DNA of 64,000 bases from Candidatus Micrarchaeota archaeon (GCA_022627495.1 JAKEGJ010000021.1:78612-142611), one strand, 5' to 3'. Counted from the stretch's first letter, positions 26,720 through 37,082 are shown. Notes: generated from the letters alone by a model not told the origin. Program-made: numbers and translations.

Positions 26720-27298
26720 GTGGGCATGGGAAACGCCATTGCCATCGCCGCGACTGCCATATTCGCCGCCCTGCTCCTTCTAGGATGCGCCGGGTCTCAG
26801 CAGGGCCCCGGCAATGCGGCGGCCAACACGAACCCGGGCGGCCAGCAGGACCGCTTCGCGCCGCCGGATACCCATCCCCCGAAGCCGCCCGGCACTGCGA
26901 ACCTCTCATTCAGCCGCAACGCCAGCGACGTGATGAACACTGAGACAAAGCCGTTCACGCCGCCGAATTTCGACTTCACGAACACCACGACGCAAGACGG
27001 GCGGCTGGTAGTCAACTATTTCTACTCGCCCCATTGCTCGGCATGCATAGCCCTTCGGCCCGACATGGACAGGCTTGAGGCCAGGTACGGTTCTGTGGAA
27101 TGGCGCGAATTCGACATCACCGCCCAAAACGGGACCTGGGCTTACCAGCAGTTCGCAAGGGATTTGAACCTAAGCCAGGCGCAGAGGCTGGTCCCGCAGG
27201 TGCTGGTGAACGGCACGGTGATTACCGACAGGTTCAACATCAACGGAAGCCTGGAAGGCATCATCGTCGCTTTCAGCGCAAACCAATCCGGAGCATGA
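26720..27298 (+). CDS. Thioredoxin-fold lipoprotein
   Basis: LLLGC lipobox; YFYSPHCSAC; LVPQVLVNG. Confidence 0.8.
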   Translation: MGMGNAIAIAATAIFAALLLLGCAGSQQGPGNAAANTNPGGQQDRFAPPDTHPPKPPGTANLSFSRNASDVMNTETKPFTPPNFDFTNTTTQDGRLVVNYFYSPHCSACIALRPDMDRLEARYGSVEWREFDITAQNGTWAYQQFARDLNLSQAQRLVPQVLVNGTVITDRFNINGSLEGIIVAFSANQSGA

Positions 27299-28028
27299 AC
27301 CGCCCGAACCCGCGCTTGATGTTGCCGAATTGGGCATGATAAGCGTCGAGGTCGCTTGCGGCGAACCTGAAGAACTGCTCCGGTGTTTCGTTTCCCTTCG
27401 CATTCTTGTTCCAGATGCGGATGGATTCCTCGTAGCGGCTGCTTTCCCAGTAGCAGTCCTCAAGGACCTTGGGGGACATCTTCGCATTATCGACCCTGAG
27501 GCGGTTCGCCTGGGGACAGAGGGCTTCGCGCCGGACGTACGGCCCGCCCCAGCTCACTGAAAACGGGTAAACCAGGCATATGGCCGGTTTCGAGTTCTCA
27601 ATCCCGCAATTCAAGGGCCCGCTGCGCAGGAAAACGCATTTCCCGTCCTTATGCGCTATCACGAACTTGAAGTAGCCCCCTTGCGCGCGGAATGCGAATG
27701 CATCGTCCTTCTTGCCGATTTTCAAGCCCACGAAGTCATCAGCGGATTTCCCTTCGATATGGACGATTCGGGCAATGTCGAAAGGCGTGAGGTCCGCGAC
27801 AAGGCCGCAGCATCTTCCGTCGCAGCCAAGGCACATGTTTGCGGGGGCGGCTTCAGGGGGGGGCACTGGTTTTGATGGGGCAGGGGATACCGAAGCTGAT
27901 TCGATGGCGGGCGGCCGGGCGGCCTTCGGAGCTTCAATTGCGGCCAAACCTGCTGTGCGTATGGCTTGCTTCTGCTTAGGTAGGCGCTTATCCGGGCGGC
28001 TGGCCCGCTTCTTTCGCGATACGGCCAT
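27273..28028 (-). CDS. YkgJ/FliB-family cysteine cluster protein
   Basis: CLGCDGRCC...LTPFDIARI; CVFL...CGIENSKPAICLVYPF. Confidence 0.85.
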   Translation of the reverse strand: MAVSRKKRASRPDKRLPKQKQAIRTAGLAAIEAPKAARPPAIESASVSPAPSKPVPPPEAAPANMCLGCDGRCCGLVADLTPFDIARIVHIEGKSADDFVGLKIGKKDDAFAFRAQGGYFKFVIAHKDGKCVFLRSGPLNCGIENSKPAICLVYPFSVSWGGPYVRREALCPQANRLRVDNAKMSPKVLEDCYWESSRYEESIRIWNKNAKGNETPEQFFRFAASDLDAYHAQFGNIKRGFGRFMLRIGLR

Positions 28029-28105
28029 AAAACGGTATTTACCCTAAGGGATAATAAATCCGGTTGGATGGAATAGATAATCGGGCAAGCTGGAAGGGAA
28101 ATCCG

Positions 28106-29143
28106 ATGAAAATCGTGCATTTTGAGAGGAAAACCGGCGAGCTGAAGCTCCAGGTCGATACGCTCGACGACATGTGGCACCTGGACAAGGTGCTTGCACC
28201 CGGGGACGAAGTGGAGTCGCACAGCATGCGCACCTACAAGGTCGGCACGAAGGAGGAGAAGAAGTCCGTGACCGTCCGGGTAAAGGTGGAGAGGGTCGAA
28301 TTCGCGAAAAACGCGAACCGCCTCCGCATTCTCGGCCCCATCATCTGGGGCGAACCTGAGGAATACATCCAGCTCGGCAAGTACCATACGATAGACGTCG
28401 AGGCCGGGGACCGCATCAAAATCACGAAGCAATGGAGGGGACACGAAGTAAAGCGGCTCCAGGAGGCGGAAAAGGAATCCAAGAGGCCGCGCATTAGGAT
28501 CATCGTGATGGACGAGGAGAAGGCCCTTACAGCCATGCTCAGGGCATTCGGCGTCGAATACGGGGCCGAGTTCTACAGCGGCGGGAGCAAGAAGGGCGAC
28601 AACTACGAGAAATCCGAGGGCGAGTATTTCGGCAACATCGCCGCCGAGATAGAGCGCCACCCAGAGCGGTACGTGGTGGCTGGGCCGGGTTTCGCCAAGG
28701 AGAATTTGAAGAAGTTCATCGAAAAAAGGAAGCCCGAGCTCCTAAAGCGCATCGTGTTCGAGAATGTCAGCTATGCCGAGCGCAGCGGGGTGAACGAGCT
28801 GTTCAACCGGGGCGTCATCGAGAAGATAATGGGCGAGGAACGGTTCGAGAAGGAGATGAAGCTTGTCGAGGAGCTGCTTGCCGAGGTGCACAGGGACAGC
28901 GGGCGGGCGGCGTACGGCATCGCAGAAGTGAGGAAGGCGATTGAGGCTTACGCGGTGAAGAAGCTCATCGTATTGGATGAATACCTCCGCGCGGACAAGG
29001 AGGCCGAGGCGGTAGTAGAGCTTGCAGACTCGGCCAAGGCCGAGATAGTCATATTCTCGTCCGAAGGCGATGCCGGTGCTAAGCTTAAGGGGCTGGGAAA
29101 AATCGCAGCGCTGCTGAAGTTCCGGATAAGGGATGCGCAGTGA
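28106..29143 (+). CDS. pelA: mRNA surveillance protein Pelota/Dom34
   Basis: DTLDDMWHL, RLRILGPI, GKYHTIDV, VAGPGFAKE, GAKLKGLGKIAALLKF. Confidence 0.95.
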   Translation: MKIVHFERKTGELKLQVDTLDDMWHLDKVLAPGDEVESHSMRTYKVGTKEEKKSVTVRVKVERVEFAKNANRLRILGPIIWGEPEEYIQLGKYHTIDVEAGDRIKITKQWRGHEVKRLQEAEKESKRPRIRIIVMDEEKALTAMLRAFGVEYGAEFYSGGSKKGDNYEKSEGEYFGNIAAEIERHPERYVVAGPGFAKENLKKFIEKRKPELLKRIVFENVSYAERSGVNELFNRGVIEKIMGEERFEKEMKLVEELLAEVHRDSGRAAYGIAEVRKAIEAYAVKKLIVLDEYLRADKEAEAVVELADSAKAEIVIFSSEGDAGAKLKGLGKIAALLKFRIRDAQ

Positions 29144-29184
29144 TCTGCGCGGCATGTTCGGCCGGGCAGCGCCATCTCCCAGGT

Positions 29185-30099
29185 TCAGGGCGCAGCCTTG
29201 AGCCCGAGGATTTCCCTTGCCTGCGCCGGGGTGGCTATGGGCCGCCCCAGCTCATCGGCGATCCGGGCAATCCGCTTGATTAGCATTTCGTTTGTGGCAA
29301 GGACGGTTTTCCCGTAATCGTAATACAGGTTGTCCTCAAGGCCTACGCGGACATGCCCGCCCATCACAATGGCGCAGGTGTTGACTGGTAGCTGGAACTT
29401 CCCGCCCCCGGCTGCCCCCCATACTGAGCCTGCGGGCAGGCTGCCCACCTGGTGGACGATGTCAACGAAGCGGCCGGGCATGGTCCCAAGAAGGCCGAAG
29501 AAGAGGTTGATGTAGAGGGGGTGGGAAAGGAATTTCTTGCGCTCAAGGTACGCGGCGTAATTGATCATGCCGGTCTCGAAGACCTCCAGTTCCGGCCGTA
29601 TGCCCCGCGCGGCCATGTGCCGTGCCAGGCGCTCAATCATGTCCGGGGAATTGACGCTGGGCTCCGTGGGGAAATTCATCGAGCCCATGGAGAGGCTTGC
29701 GAAATCAGGCTTGGATTCGCCCTCCAGGTCCAGAACCGCGGCGCGCTGCTCGAACGTCTTGAAAACGCGGCCGCTGGTTGTGGCGCAGAGGATGGCATCG
29801 GGGCACTTCTTCCTGACCTTTGCGAGTATCTCCTCGAACAGCCCCTTGCTGCAGGAAGGGGTCCCGTCGCTTTCCCGCGCATGGATGTGGAAGAAAACGG
29901 CGCCCGCCTCGTAGCATTTGCGCGCGTCCGACGCAATCTCTTCCGGGGTGGTGGGGACGTTCGGATTGGCGGATTTGGATGAGAAATTGCCGGTAAGGGC
30001 CACGTTGATTATCAGCTTTTTCTGCAGCGGAATGCTGGATGTGCCGCTCAGCCCGTAAACCTCGTTCCCTTCATCGCCCATGAATACCGCTTGATGCAT
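29185..30099 (-). CDS. 3-keto-5-aminohexanoate cleavage enzyme family (BKACE/DUF849)
   Basis: IINVALTG, NPNVPTTPEEIA, AGAVFFHIHAR, PELEVFE, GGHVRVGLEDN. Confidence 0.92.
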   Translation of the reverse strand: MHQAVFMGDEGNEVYGLSGTSSIPLQKKLIINVALTGNFSSKSANPNVPTTPEEIASDARKCYEAGAVFFHIHARESDGTPSCSKGLFEEILAKVRKKCPDAILCATTSGRVFKTFEQRAAVLDLEGESKPDFASLSMGSMNFPTEPSVNSPDMIERLARHMAARGIRPELEVFETGMINYAAYLERKKFLSHPLYINLFFGLLGTMPGRFVDIVHQVGSLPAGSVWGAAGGGKFQLPVNTCAIVMGGHVRVGLEDNLYYDYGKTVLATNEMLIKRIARIADELGRPIATPAQAREILGLKAAP

Positions 30100-30215
30100 T
30101 CGTAAGCAAAACTTATAATTGCCGCACCGCCCGGTTGCAGCACGTCTTCAGGCAGGCTGGGTTCTGGATGCGAAATCCGCATCACTGCCCTTCGCCCGGG
30201 CAGCATGCAGACGCC

Positions 30216-30980
30216 CTAACCCTTCTTGCCCATTTCGCGCGTCCGGCTCTCCGCAAAGCGGATGGCCTCGTGGATTGCCTTGTCCGCGCCCTTTTCCTTA
30301 AGCATCCGCAGTCCGGCCTCGGTCGTCCCGTCGGGGCTTGCCACGGTCGAGACGACTTTCTCGGCGCTCCAGCCGCTGAGCATCAGTTTCCCGGTGCCCA
30401 GGAAGGTCTGCGCGACGCATTTTTCCGCGGTCTCGCGGGCAAGGCCGCCTTTCACGGCCTCGTCTATCATCGCCTGCGCGAAATAGGCGACGAAAGCGGG
30501 CCCGGAGCCGGACGTCGCAGTGATGGTGTCGAGATGGCTCTCGTCGGTCTTGATGCACAGGCCCAGGGAAGAGAATGCTGTGAGAAACACCTTCTCCTTC
30601 TTTTCGACTTCGGGATGCAGGGCGTACGCTATCACCGCTTCTCCGACTTCGGCGCAGATATTGGGCATCACGCGTATCACCCTCTGCGCGCCGAATGATT
30701 CGAGCATCCTAATCGTTATTCCGGCGGCGCATGAGACAATGAGGGGAGCGTCGCGCACCTGCTTCACAACCTCTTCGACGTGCGCGGGCTTCACGGCTAT
30801 AACCACAAGGTCGCACGTCTTCACCTGGGCGAGGTCCTTCACAGGCAGGGCGCCGAGCTCGGACGCCACTTCCCGCGCATTCTCGAAATCCCGGTCCACA
30901 AGAAGGAGCTCATGGCCTCTTGTGAACACGCGGGCAAAGACGCTGCCAAGCCTTCCGACGCCGATAATCGCAATCCTCAT
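30216..30980 (-). CDS. proC: Pyrroline-5-carboxylate reductase
   Basis: IIGVGRLG, IAVKP, IRVMPN, TATSGSGPAF, VASPDGTTEAGL. Confidence 0.93.
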   Translation of the reverse strand: MRIAIIGVGRLGSVFARVFTRGHELLLVDRDFENAREVASELGALPVKDLAQVKTCDLVVIAVKPAHVEEVVKQVRDAPLIVSCAAGITIRMLESFGAQRVIRVMPNICAEVGEAVIAYALHPEVEKKEKVFLTAFSSLGLCIKTDESHLDTITATSGSGPAFVAYFAQAMIDEAVKGGLARETAEKCVAQTFLGTGKLMLSGWSAEKVVSTVASPDGTTEAGLRMLKEKGADKAIHEAIRFAESRTREMGKKG

Positions 30981-31066
30981 AGGAACACCAATCCGTTGAC
31001 GCTATTGATGCCAAAGCAATAAATAGCCGGTATTTTTCCATTGAGCATGCGGCGCCTGGCCAGGGG

Positions 31067-32008
31067 CTATGCGCCGCCTGCGCTCGGCTGGGGGTATCCG
31101 AAGAGCACGAGGCGGGCATAGAGGAGGATTTTCCGGGAGGTGTTCACATAAGCGCGCTTCGCGAACACCTCGTATCCGTTCTCCTCGATTACCGCCAGTA
31201 TCTCTCGGTAGAGCGTCGAGGCGAGCGCAATCACCATCCGCACATCAGTGTGGATTGTCGCAATGCTCGACATGGCTTCCTGGTAATAGCCCCGGGCGCG
31301 CTCGACTTGGAATTTCAGGAACCGGACGAGGTTTTGCGTCTTGCGGTGGGAGAGGATGTCTCCTATAGTCAGGCCGAAGCGGGCCAGCTCGTCTTTGGGG
31401 AAGTAAACGCGGCCCATGCGGGCGTCCTCGCCCACGTCGCGAAGGATGTTGGTCAGCTGCATCGCTATGCCGAGGCTTATCGCGCAGCGCTTGGACCTGC
31501 GGGCGTTCTTGATGCCGAGGGTGCGCATAAGCATGAGGCCCACTACAGATGCGACGCGGAAGCAGTAGCGGCGGAGCTCGGCGAAAGTGCCGTATTCCTT
31601 CTTAGATATGTCCATCGCCACCCCGCGTATCAGCTCAAGCGGGTATCGGAGCGGGATGCGGTATCGCCTCATCACATGGATGAACGGATTCAGCACTGGG
31701 TCGTCCGAGCGACCCTCGCGGTAGGCCTCCAGGAAGCGCTTTCTCCAGTTCCGGATAAGCATGCGCTGGAGCCGCGGATTGCCTTCGTTGTCATCGACGA
31801 GGTCGTCGGTATGCCTGCAGAAGGCGTATATCGCGTAAAATGCGCTGCGCCGCTCGCGCCCCATGAATTTCGATGCGAAGTAGAACGTCTTGGAACCCTT
31901 GCTTATCGAGTTCTCGGCGAACTTGTAATCCACGGCCGGCTTCAGCTTCTCCACCTCAATAATCATAGGCCAGGAAAGGTTTATATCGTCATCTGCCGTT
32001 GGCGCCAA
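31067..32008 (-). CDS. crtB: Phytoene/squalene synthase family protein
   Basis: SKTFYFAS, YAFCRHTDDLVD, YCFRVASVVG, LGIAMQLTNILRDVGEDARMGRVYFP. Confidence 0.9.
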   Translation of the reverse strand: MAPTADDDINLSWPMIIEVEKLKPAVDYKFAENSISKGSKTFYFASKFMGRERRSAFYAIYAFCRHTDDLVDDNEGNPRLQRMLIRNWRKRFLEAYREGRSDDPVLNPFIHVMRRYRIPLRYPLELIRGVAMDISKKEYGTFAELRRYCFRVASVVGLMLMRTLGIKNARRSKRCAISLGIAMQLTNILRDVGEDARMGRVYFPKDELARFGLTIGDILSHRKTQNLVRFLKFQVERARGYYQEAMSSIATIHTDVRMVIALASTLYREILAVIEENGYEVFAKRAYVNTSRKILLYARLVLFGYPQPSAGGA

Positions 32009-32063
32009 ATGTGCCTGCCGCCCGCCCTGCGTGGTTTATTAATTTGAGAGGCATGAACCAGTT

Positions 32064-32795
32064 ATGGCAGTGGCTGTGCAGGTCGCGGACCTCGCAAAGG
32101 TCATAAAGGAAAAGATACTCGTGGACAGGATTTCCTTCAGCGTCGAGGAGGGGGAGGTGTTCGGCCTGCTCGGGGCGAACGGCTCGGGGAAGACGACGAC
32201 TTTCAATATGCTTTCAGGGCTTCTTTCGCCATCCTCCGGTTCCGTGACGATACTCGGCAAGAGCATACGGGAGATGCAGAAGTTCAAGGCGGAGATAGGC
32301 TTCGTCACGCAGGAGGATTCCTTCTACGAGACGCTGACGGTCCGGGAGAACCTCGAATATTTCGCGTCGCAGTTCGGGGTGAAGGGCAGCGATGCGAGGG
32401 AGCGGATAAAGAGGCTCCTTGCGCAGATGAAGCTGGCTGACAAGAGGGACGTCCTCGCATCCAAGCTTTCAGGCGGCATGAAGAAGAGGCTGAATATCGC
32501 CTGCTCGCTCGTCCATGACCCGAAAATCGTGTTCCTTGACGAGCCGAGCGTGGGCCTCGACCCGGTCGTCCGCCGCGAGATATGGGCCGTGATAGAGGAG
32601 CTCCACAGCACGAAGAAGACCATAATCATCACATCGCATTACATGGAGGAGATAGAGCGCCTCTGCGGCCGCGTGGCCATCATGTTCGCGGGGCGCATCG
32701 TGGATTCCGGCACGCCGGAGGAATTGAAGAAGAAATACAAGCTCAAGCAGATGGAGGATGTCTTCGCGCACCTCGTCAAGCCGGTGGTCCAATGA
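32064..32795 (+). CDS. ABC-2 type transporter ATP-binding protein
   Basis: Walker A GANGSGKTT, LSGGMKKR, FLDEPSVGLD, TSHYMEE. Confidence 0.93.
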   Translation: MAVAVQVADLAKVIKEKILVDRISFSVEEGEVFGLLGANGSGKTTTFNMLSGLLSPSSGSVTILGKSIREMQKFKAEIGFVTQEDSFYETLTVRENLEYFASQFGVKGSDARERIKRLLAQMKLADKRDVLASKLSGGMKKRLNIACSLVHDPKIVFLDEPSVGLDPVVRREIWAVIEELHSTKKTIIITSHYMEEIERLCGRVAIMFAGRIVDSGTPEELKKKYKLKQMEDVFAHLVKPVVQ

Positions 32796-34765
32796 AATCC
32801 GTTTCCGCCATCAGGAAGGAGCTGCTGGAAGTCCTGCACGACCGCACCATGCTCGCGGTCCTGCTCGTTTTCCCGGTTTTTGTGATGCTGTTCATGGGGA
32901 CTTCGTTCCGCTCCATGGAGATAAACGGGCTCCCAATCGGGCTTGCAGGCCCGGAGAATGTCAGCGCCAGCCCGCTTTTTTCGGGCCTGAACCAGTCGCA
33001 GGCCTTCAAGCTCCAGGAATTCACAAGCGAGGAGGACGCGATGACCGAATTCCGGAACGGAAGGCTCCGGGCCGTAATCATCGTGCCACAGGACTTCGAG
33101 GAATCGCTCCGGAAGGGAAACGGCTCGACAGTCCGCGTGGTGGTGGACAATTCGGATTTGGCGCTTGAGCAGTCCGTACTGGCCGCGCTTTCTTCTGTTA
33201 TCGAGGCATCTTCAACCGACATTACGAAAAGTTACGTGGCATCTGCCTGGGAGGATTTGCAGGACCTCAACGGCTCGACGGCATCGCTCGCTTCGGGCAT
33301 AGCGCAGACGCGCTCCAACATGAACCAGACAAAGGCGTCGCTCGCCCAGATACGCCAGGGGATAGACGAAATAGAAATCGACGCGCTGGAAGCGTCCCTG
33401 GATGGCGCGTCCTCGAACATCGCGGCGCTCCGGAATCAGTTGGAATCCCAGAAGGCGGAGCTTGCGGACGTGTCTGCGGGCAATGAGGAGCTCTTCAACG
33501 AGACCGACGCTTTCTTGTATAACGCCAGCTTCGCACTCAACGAGTCCAAGGAAACCGTCCAGGGCACGCACGAGCGGCTCGGGGCGCAGGTGTCGGAGTT
33601 GAACGGCACTGTTTCAGCGCTGAGCGCTTCGATACTTGGGCTGGAGGCCATCAGGGCCGGAACAACGGACCCGGTTGTGATTGCGGCCCTTGATTTGAAC
33701 ATCGCATCGCTGGAATCGCTGCAGGGCACAACAGAGCAGCAGATAATCGAGGCACAGGCGCAGATGGCAGACCTGAGGGCGCTCAACATAACGCTCCATT
33801 CATTCGGGGATTCGCTCGAAGCGTACTCGGCACAGCTCGAAACAGCGAGAGCTGATTCGGGCAAAATCGGGCAGCTTGGTGCGGCGCTGGACAACGTGTC
33901 GCTGAGGCTTTCGCAGCTGAACGCCTCGTTCAGTTCGGCAAGGTCCGAGGTCGTCAAGCTGAAGGGTCTGCTTTCAGGCATCAAGGGCGCCACTTCGCAG
34001 ATAGACGGAACCCTTGACGACGCGCTCGCCCAGACAGCGTCCGTGGATGCGCTAATCGGCTCGCTCCAGGCGACCGTCGCGGAGCAGACCGGAAAGGACC
34101 CGGACACAATCGCGTCGCCGCTGTCTGTTTCGGTGGAGAACCAGTATGGCGAGCGCTCCAGCTATGTGGATTTCATTATGCCGCAGGTGATCGCGGTGTC
34201 CCTGCTCTTCTCATGCTTCCTGCTTGGCTCGATAAGCCTTGTCCGCGAGAAGACGCACAAGACGATAATCCGGGCGCTCCTGGCCCCGGGCGCGCTCACT
34301 AACATGGTGGTGGGCAAGATAGCCGCCCTAATGCTGATGTCTTTTGTGCAGGTCGCGATGATTCTGCTCGTGGCGCTGCTGCTTTTCGGAGTCAAGCCGC
34401 CTGAGAGCTTTCTGATGCTTCTCTGGGGGACCGCCATTTCTTCGCTCGTCCTCTCATCAATCGGCCTCCTGGTCGGATTCTATGCGCGCAGCGAGTCGGC
34501 GGCCATACAAAGCTGCCTTCTCCTCGCCATCCCGATGCTGTTTTTGGGCAACATCATCTTCTCGCCCGACCTGCTCCCGGTTTACACCCAGATCCTCCAG
34601 CAGCTGCTGCCGCTTTCGCATGTAACCAGCATCTTCAAGGTGGTCCTGATAACGAACGGCGACCCGGCCGGCGACATCGCCGCGCTCCTCTCGTATTTCG
34701 TGCTTCTCGCAATGCTGATGTCCTTTATAATCTTCAAGAGGCGGGACATCACGAATTACATCTGA
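32792..34765 (+). CDS. ABC-2 type permease with long extracellular coiled-coil insert (YhgE/Pip-like architecture)
   Basis: RKELLEVLHDR start, TM, ~350-aa heptad-rich loop, six C-terminal TMs with SLVREK; ATG overlaps upstream stop. Confidence 0.85.
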   Translation: MKSVSAIRKELLEVLHDRTMLAVLLVFPVFVMLFMGTSFRSMEINGLPIGLAGPENVSASPLFSGLNQSQAFKLQEFTSEEDAMTEFRNGRLRAVIIVPQDFEESLRKGNGSTVRVVVDNSDLALEQSVLAALSSVIEASSTDITKSYVASAWEDLQDLNGSTASLASGIAQTRSNMNQTKASLAQIRQGIDEIEIDALEASLDGASSNIAALRNQLESQKAELADVSAGNEELFNETDAFLYNASFALNESKETVQGTHERLGAQVSELNGTVSALSASILGLEAIRAGTTDPVVIAALDLNIASLESLQGTTEQQIIEAQAQMADLRALNITLHSFGDSLEAYSAQLETARADSGKIGQLGAALDNVSLRLSQLNASFSSARSEVVKLKGLLSGIKGATSQIDGTLDDALAQTASVDALIGSLQATVAEQTGKDPDTIASPLSVSVENQYGERSSYVDFIMPQVIAVSLLFSCFLLGSISLVREKTHKTIIRALLAPGALTNMVVGKIAALMLMSFVQVAMILLVALLLFGVKPPESFLMLLWGTAISSLVLSSIGLLVGFYARSESAAIQSCLLLAIPMLFLGNIIFSPDLLPVYTQILQQLLPLSHVTSIFKVVLITNGDPAGDIAALLSYFVLLAMLMSFIIFKRRDITNYI

Positions 34766-34835
34766 ATTCCGGCAGGACGCAAGATAGGCCGGAGGATTCC
34801 GCTAGCAGTATAAATGGAACCGGAGTAGTCCGTCC

Positions 34836-35330
34836 ATGTCTTCCATTGCCCGAATGGCTTTCCTGCTGCTTGTCATGGCGGTTCCGCTGGCTTTTGCTGA
34901 CGTCGGCCCTGCGCCTTCACCCCCCAGGGTCACGGTGCGCCTGATGGATGGCGGGCAGCCGGCTTCAGGAATATCCCTGATAACATACCACTGCATGGGC
35001 GTCGATGATGCCGAGCCGGGCTCGGTCAATCCTTATCCTGTGGATTTCCCGTGCAGCAGCGGGGTTTGCTCAAACAGCGGAGACTGGTATTACAAGTTCA
35101 ACCCGTGCTTCAAGTTCCCGGAGGGGCATTTCACCTACCAGTACGCGGGGAAGGAAGTCAGGACAGAGGCTGTCGGTGACAACAAGAGCTACGACAATTA
35201 CGACATAACGGTGGATGCGCCGACCGGGCAGGTGTCCGGGAACACCGGAAGCTCCTGCAACCTTGCGGGAGCGATTCTGCCGCTGGTCCTTCTCGGGACA
35301 GCCGCCTTCGGAGCGGCGGGCAGAAAGTGA
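34836..35330 (+). CDS. Secreted Cys-containing protein with C-terminal Cys+TM tail
   Basis: Signal peptide ending AFA; ends TGSSCNLAGAILPLVLLGTAAFGAAGRK. Confidence 0.75.
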   Translation: MSSIARMAFLLLVMAVPLAFADVGPAPSPPRVTVRLMDGGQPASGISLITYHCMGVDDAEPGSVNPYPVDFPCSSGVCSNSGDWYYKFNPCFKFPEGHFTYQYAGKEVRTEAVGDNKSYDNYDITVDAPTGQVSGNTGSSCNLAGAILPLVLLGTAAFGAAGRK

Positions 35331-35334
35331 TGGC

Positions 35335-35658
35335 GTGGATTTCGTTTTTGCATGCGCGCTCACGGTCGGAATAGAGGCCGCGGCGCTCTTCCTTCTTCTT
35401 CGCGGGCGGTACGAAGCGGCGCTGATTGCCCGGAACGCGGCCATCGCCAGCTCCCTCACACTTCCGTTCGTCTGGTTCGCATTCCCCGCCCTTGGGCTCG
35501 GCTGGGGGATGCAGACCGCGCTTGCCGAAGCGTTCGCGGCCCTGGCGGAAGCGGGAATTTACGCGTTCGCATTCAAGGGCATTAAGCCGGAGGAAGCGCT
35601 GCTCGCAAGCGTGCTGTGCAACTGGTGCTCGTTCATAATAGGCCTTGCCATGGCCTGA
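35335..35658 (+). CDS. Small four-TM membrane protein
   Basis: GTG start 4 nt after the upstream stop; hydrophobic, with TVGIE, SLTLPFVW, AEAFAALAE, CNWCSF. Confidence 0.7.
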   Translation: MDFVFACALTVGIEAAALFLLLRGRYEAALIARNAAIASSLTLPFVWFAFPALGLGWGMQTALAEAFAALAEAGIYAFAFKGIKPEEALLASVLCNWCSFIIGLAMA

Positions 35659-35719
35659 GCCCACCCGCGCCAAAGCACTAACTGTATATGGTTATATCCC
35701 TTCCCGCCCCATCGGATGC

Positions 35720-37030
35720 ATGGCAGGCGGATTGTCGCGGTTGGAGAGGGCGGAGGCGCACCATGGGTCCCAGGCAGCCGCCCCGGTCCAAGAAACCCGC
35801 ATTGCGAAATACATGCGCCCGATAAAAAGAGCCGCGAGGGCTGCGCTGTATATCCTCCTCGCGCCTGTCGCCCTGCTTTCAGGCTGCGGTGGAGAGGAGT
35901 TCCCAAGGGCAGCGCAGCCGGACAGCGGGCCGCGGAGGCCTTCCCCTGACGCGCGCATCGCTCCGCAGGCAGATGTGATGCCGCCGAAGGGACAGCAGCT
36001 ATACTGGTGGCCGGGATATGTAATAAGGGATGGCAAGGCAGTGGATGTGAGCCTTGGATTTTACGAAGTCTATTTCCTGCAGAAGAGCTATGCCTCAGCG
36101 GCGGATATCCCGCAGAGCGCCAGGGACGCGGGAAGGGCAGGCCTGCAGAATGCGGTCGATTTCGCATCGTTTTTCCTCAAGGACGGGTGCGGGAATGCCA
36201 TAATAGGTAACAATGTCTTCTTGTATTCGAGAGAGGGCTGGGAGGCCGGCGGCGGGTACAATGCGGGCCTCATGGGATTCAGGGTGGTGGATGCCGGAGG
36301 TGAGGAGGTCGCAGCATGCTTCCAGAAATGCCCCACCCACGACGAGGTTGTTATGAGGCCAGGGAACGAGAAGGTCTTATTCCACGAGCTTCTGCACGAT
36401 GCATGGGATTCCCACCTGACCGAGGACCAGAGGCAGGATTTCGGGGCCATGGCGAGGACGTTCTTCAATGCCGCAGGCAGCACCCAGCAGGCCGACGAGC
36501 GCATAGGTGCGATTTGGAACGGTTTTTACCACGGCGGCCCAATTGGCTCGCCACAGACCGTACCCCTTGGCTTCCAGCCCTTCCTGACCGGCGGCGAGCT
36601 CGACGCATGGGCAAATGAGGTGCTGGCACCATCCGGACTTTCGGCTGATGAAATCAATAAAATCAAGCTTGCGCTGAGGGCATATTTCGAAATCCACAGC
36701 GGCGTCACGTTCGGCAGGACGCGGGGCTATTCTGATGCCGAGAGGGACACATTCATAGTGCAGGAGGGTTTCGCGTTCCTTGGAGCCCACTATCCGGTGC
36801 TGGACGAATTGTACGGGCTCGGCGCAACGGGCGCTGTCAGGAGGATACCATATTTCATGCAGCGGAGCTACAGCCCGCTGATACGGGATGAGAGGCTCGC
36901 GCACATGATGTACAGGGGCTATGGCCATTTCGTAAGCGAGGGCAGCCTCAGGGCGTTCGCCCCGCATGTCGCCAGTTTCGTCCAATGGATGGCGGAGCAT
37001 TATCCGGCCCTCGAAAACGCGGGGAAGTGA
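35720..37030 (+). CDS. Hypothetical lipoprotein with HExxH zinc-binding motif (putative metallopeptidase)
   Basis: Extended N-terminus then LLSGC lipobox; VLFHELLHD; later QEGFA as possible third ligand. Confidence 0.6.
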   Translation: MAGGLSRLERAEAHHGSQAAAPVQETRIAKYMRPIKRAARAALYILLAPVALLSGCGGEEFPRAAQPDSGPRRPSPDARIAPQADVMPPKGQQLYWWPGYVIRDGKAVDVSLGFYEVYFLQKSYASAADIPQSARDAGRAGLQNAVDFASFFLKDGCGNAIIGNNVFLYSREGWEAGGGYNAGLMGFRVVDAGGEEVAACFQKCPTHDEVVMRPGNEKVLFHELLHDAWDSHLTEDQRQDFGAMARTFFNAAGSTQQADERIGAIWNGFYHGGPIGSPQTVPLGFQPFLTGGELDAWANEVLAPSGLSADEINKIKLALRAYFEIHSGVTFGRTRGYSDAERDTFIVQEGFAFLGAHYPVLDELYGLGATGAVRRIPYFMQRSYSPLIRDERLAHMMYRGYGHFVSEGSLRAFAPHVASFVQWMAEHYPALENAGK

Positions 37031-37082
37031 GCATGCCGGCCATTAACGAACTCTTTTAATCCAAATTCGCTTTATCCCTTCC

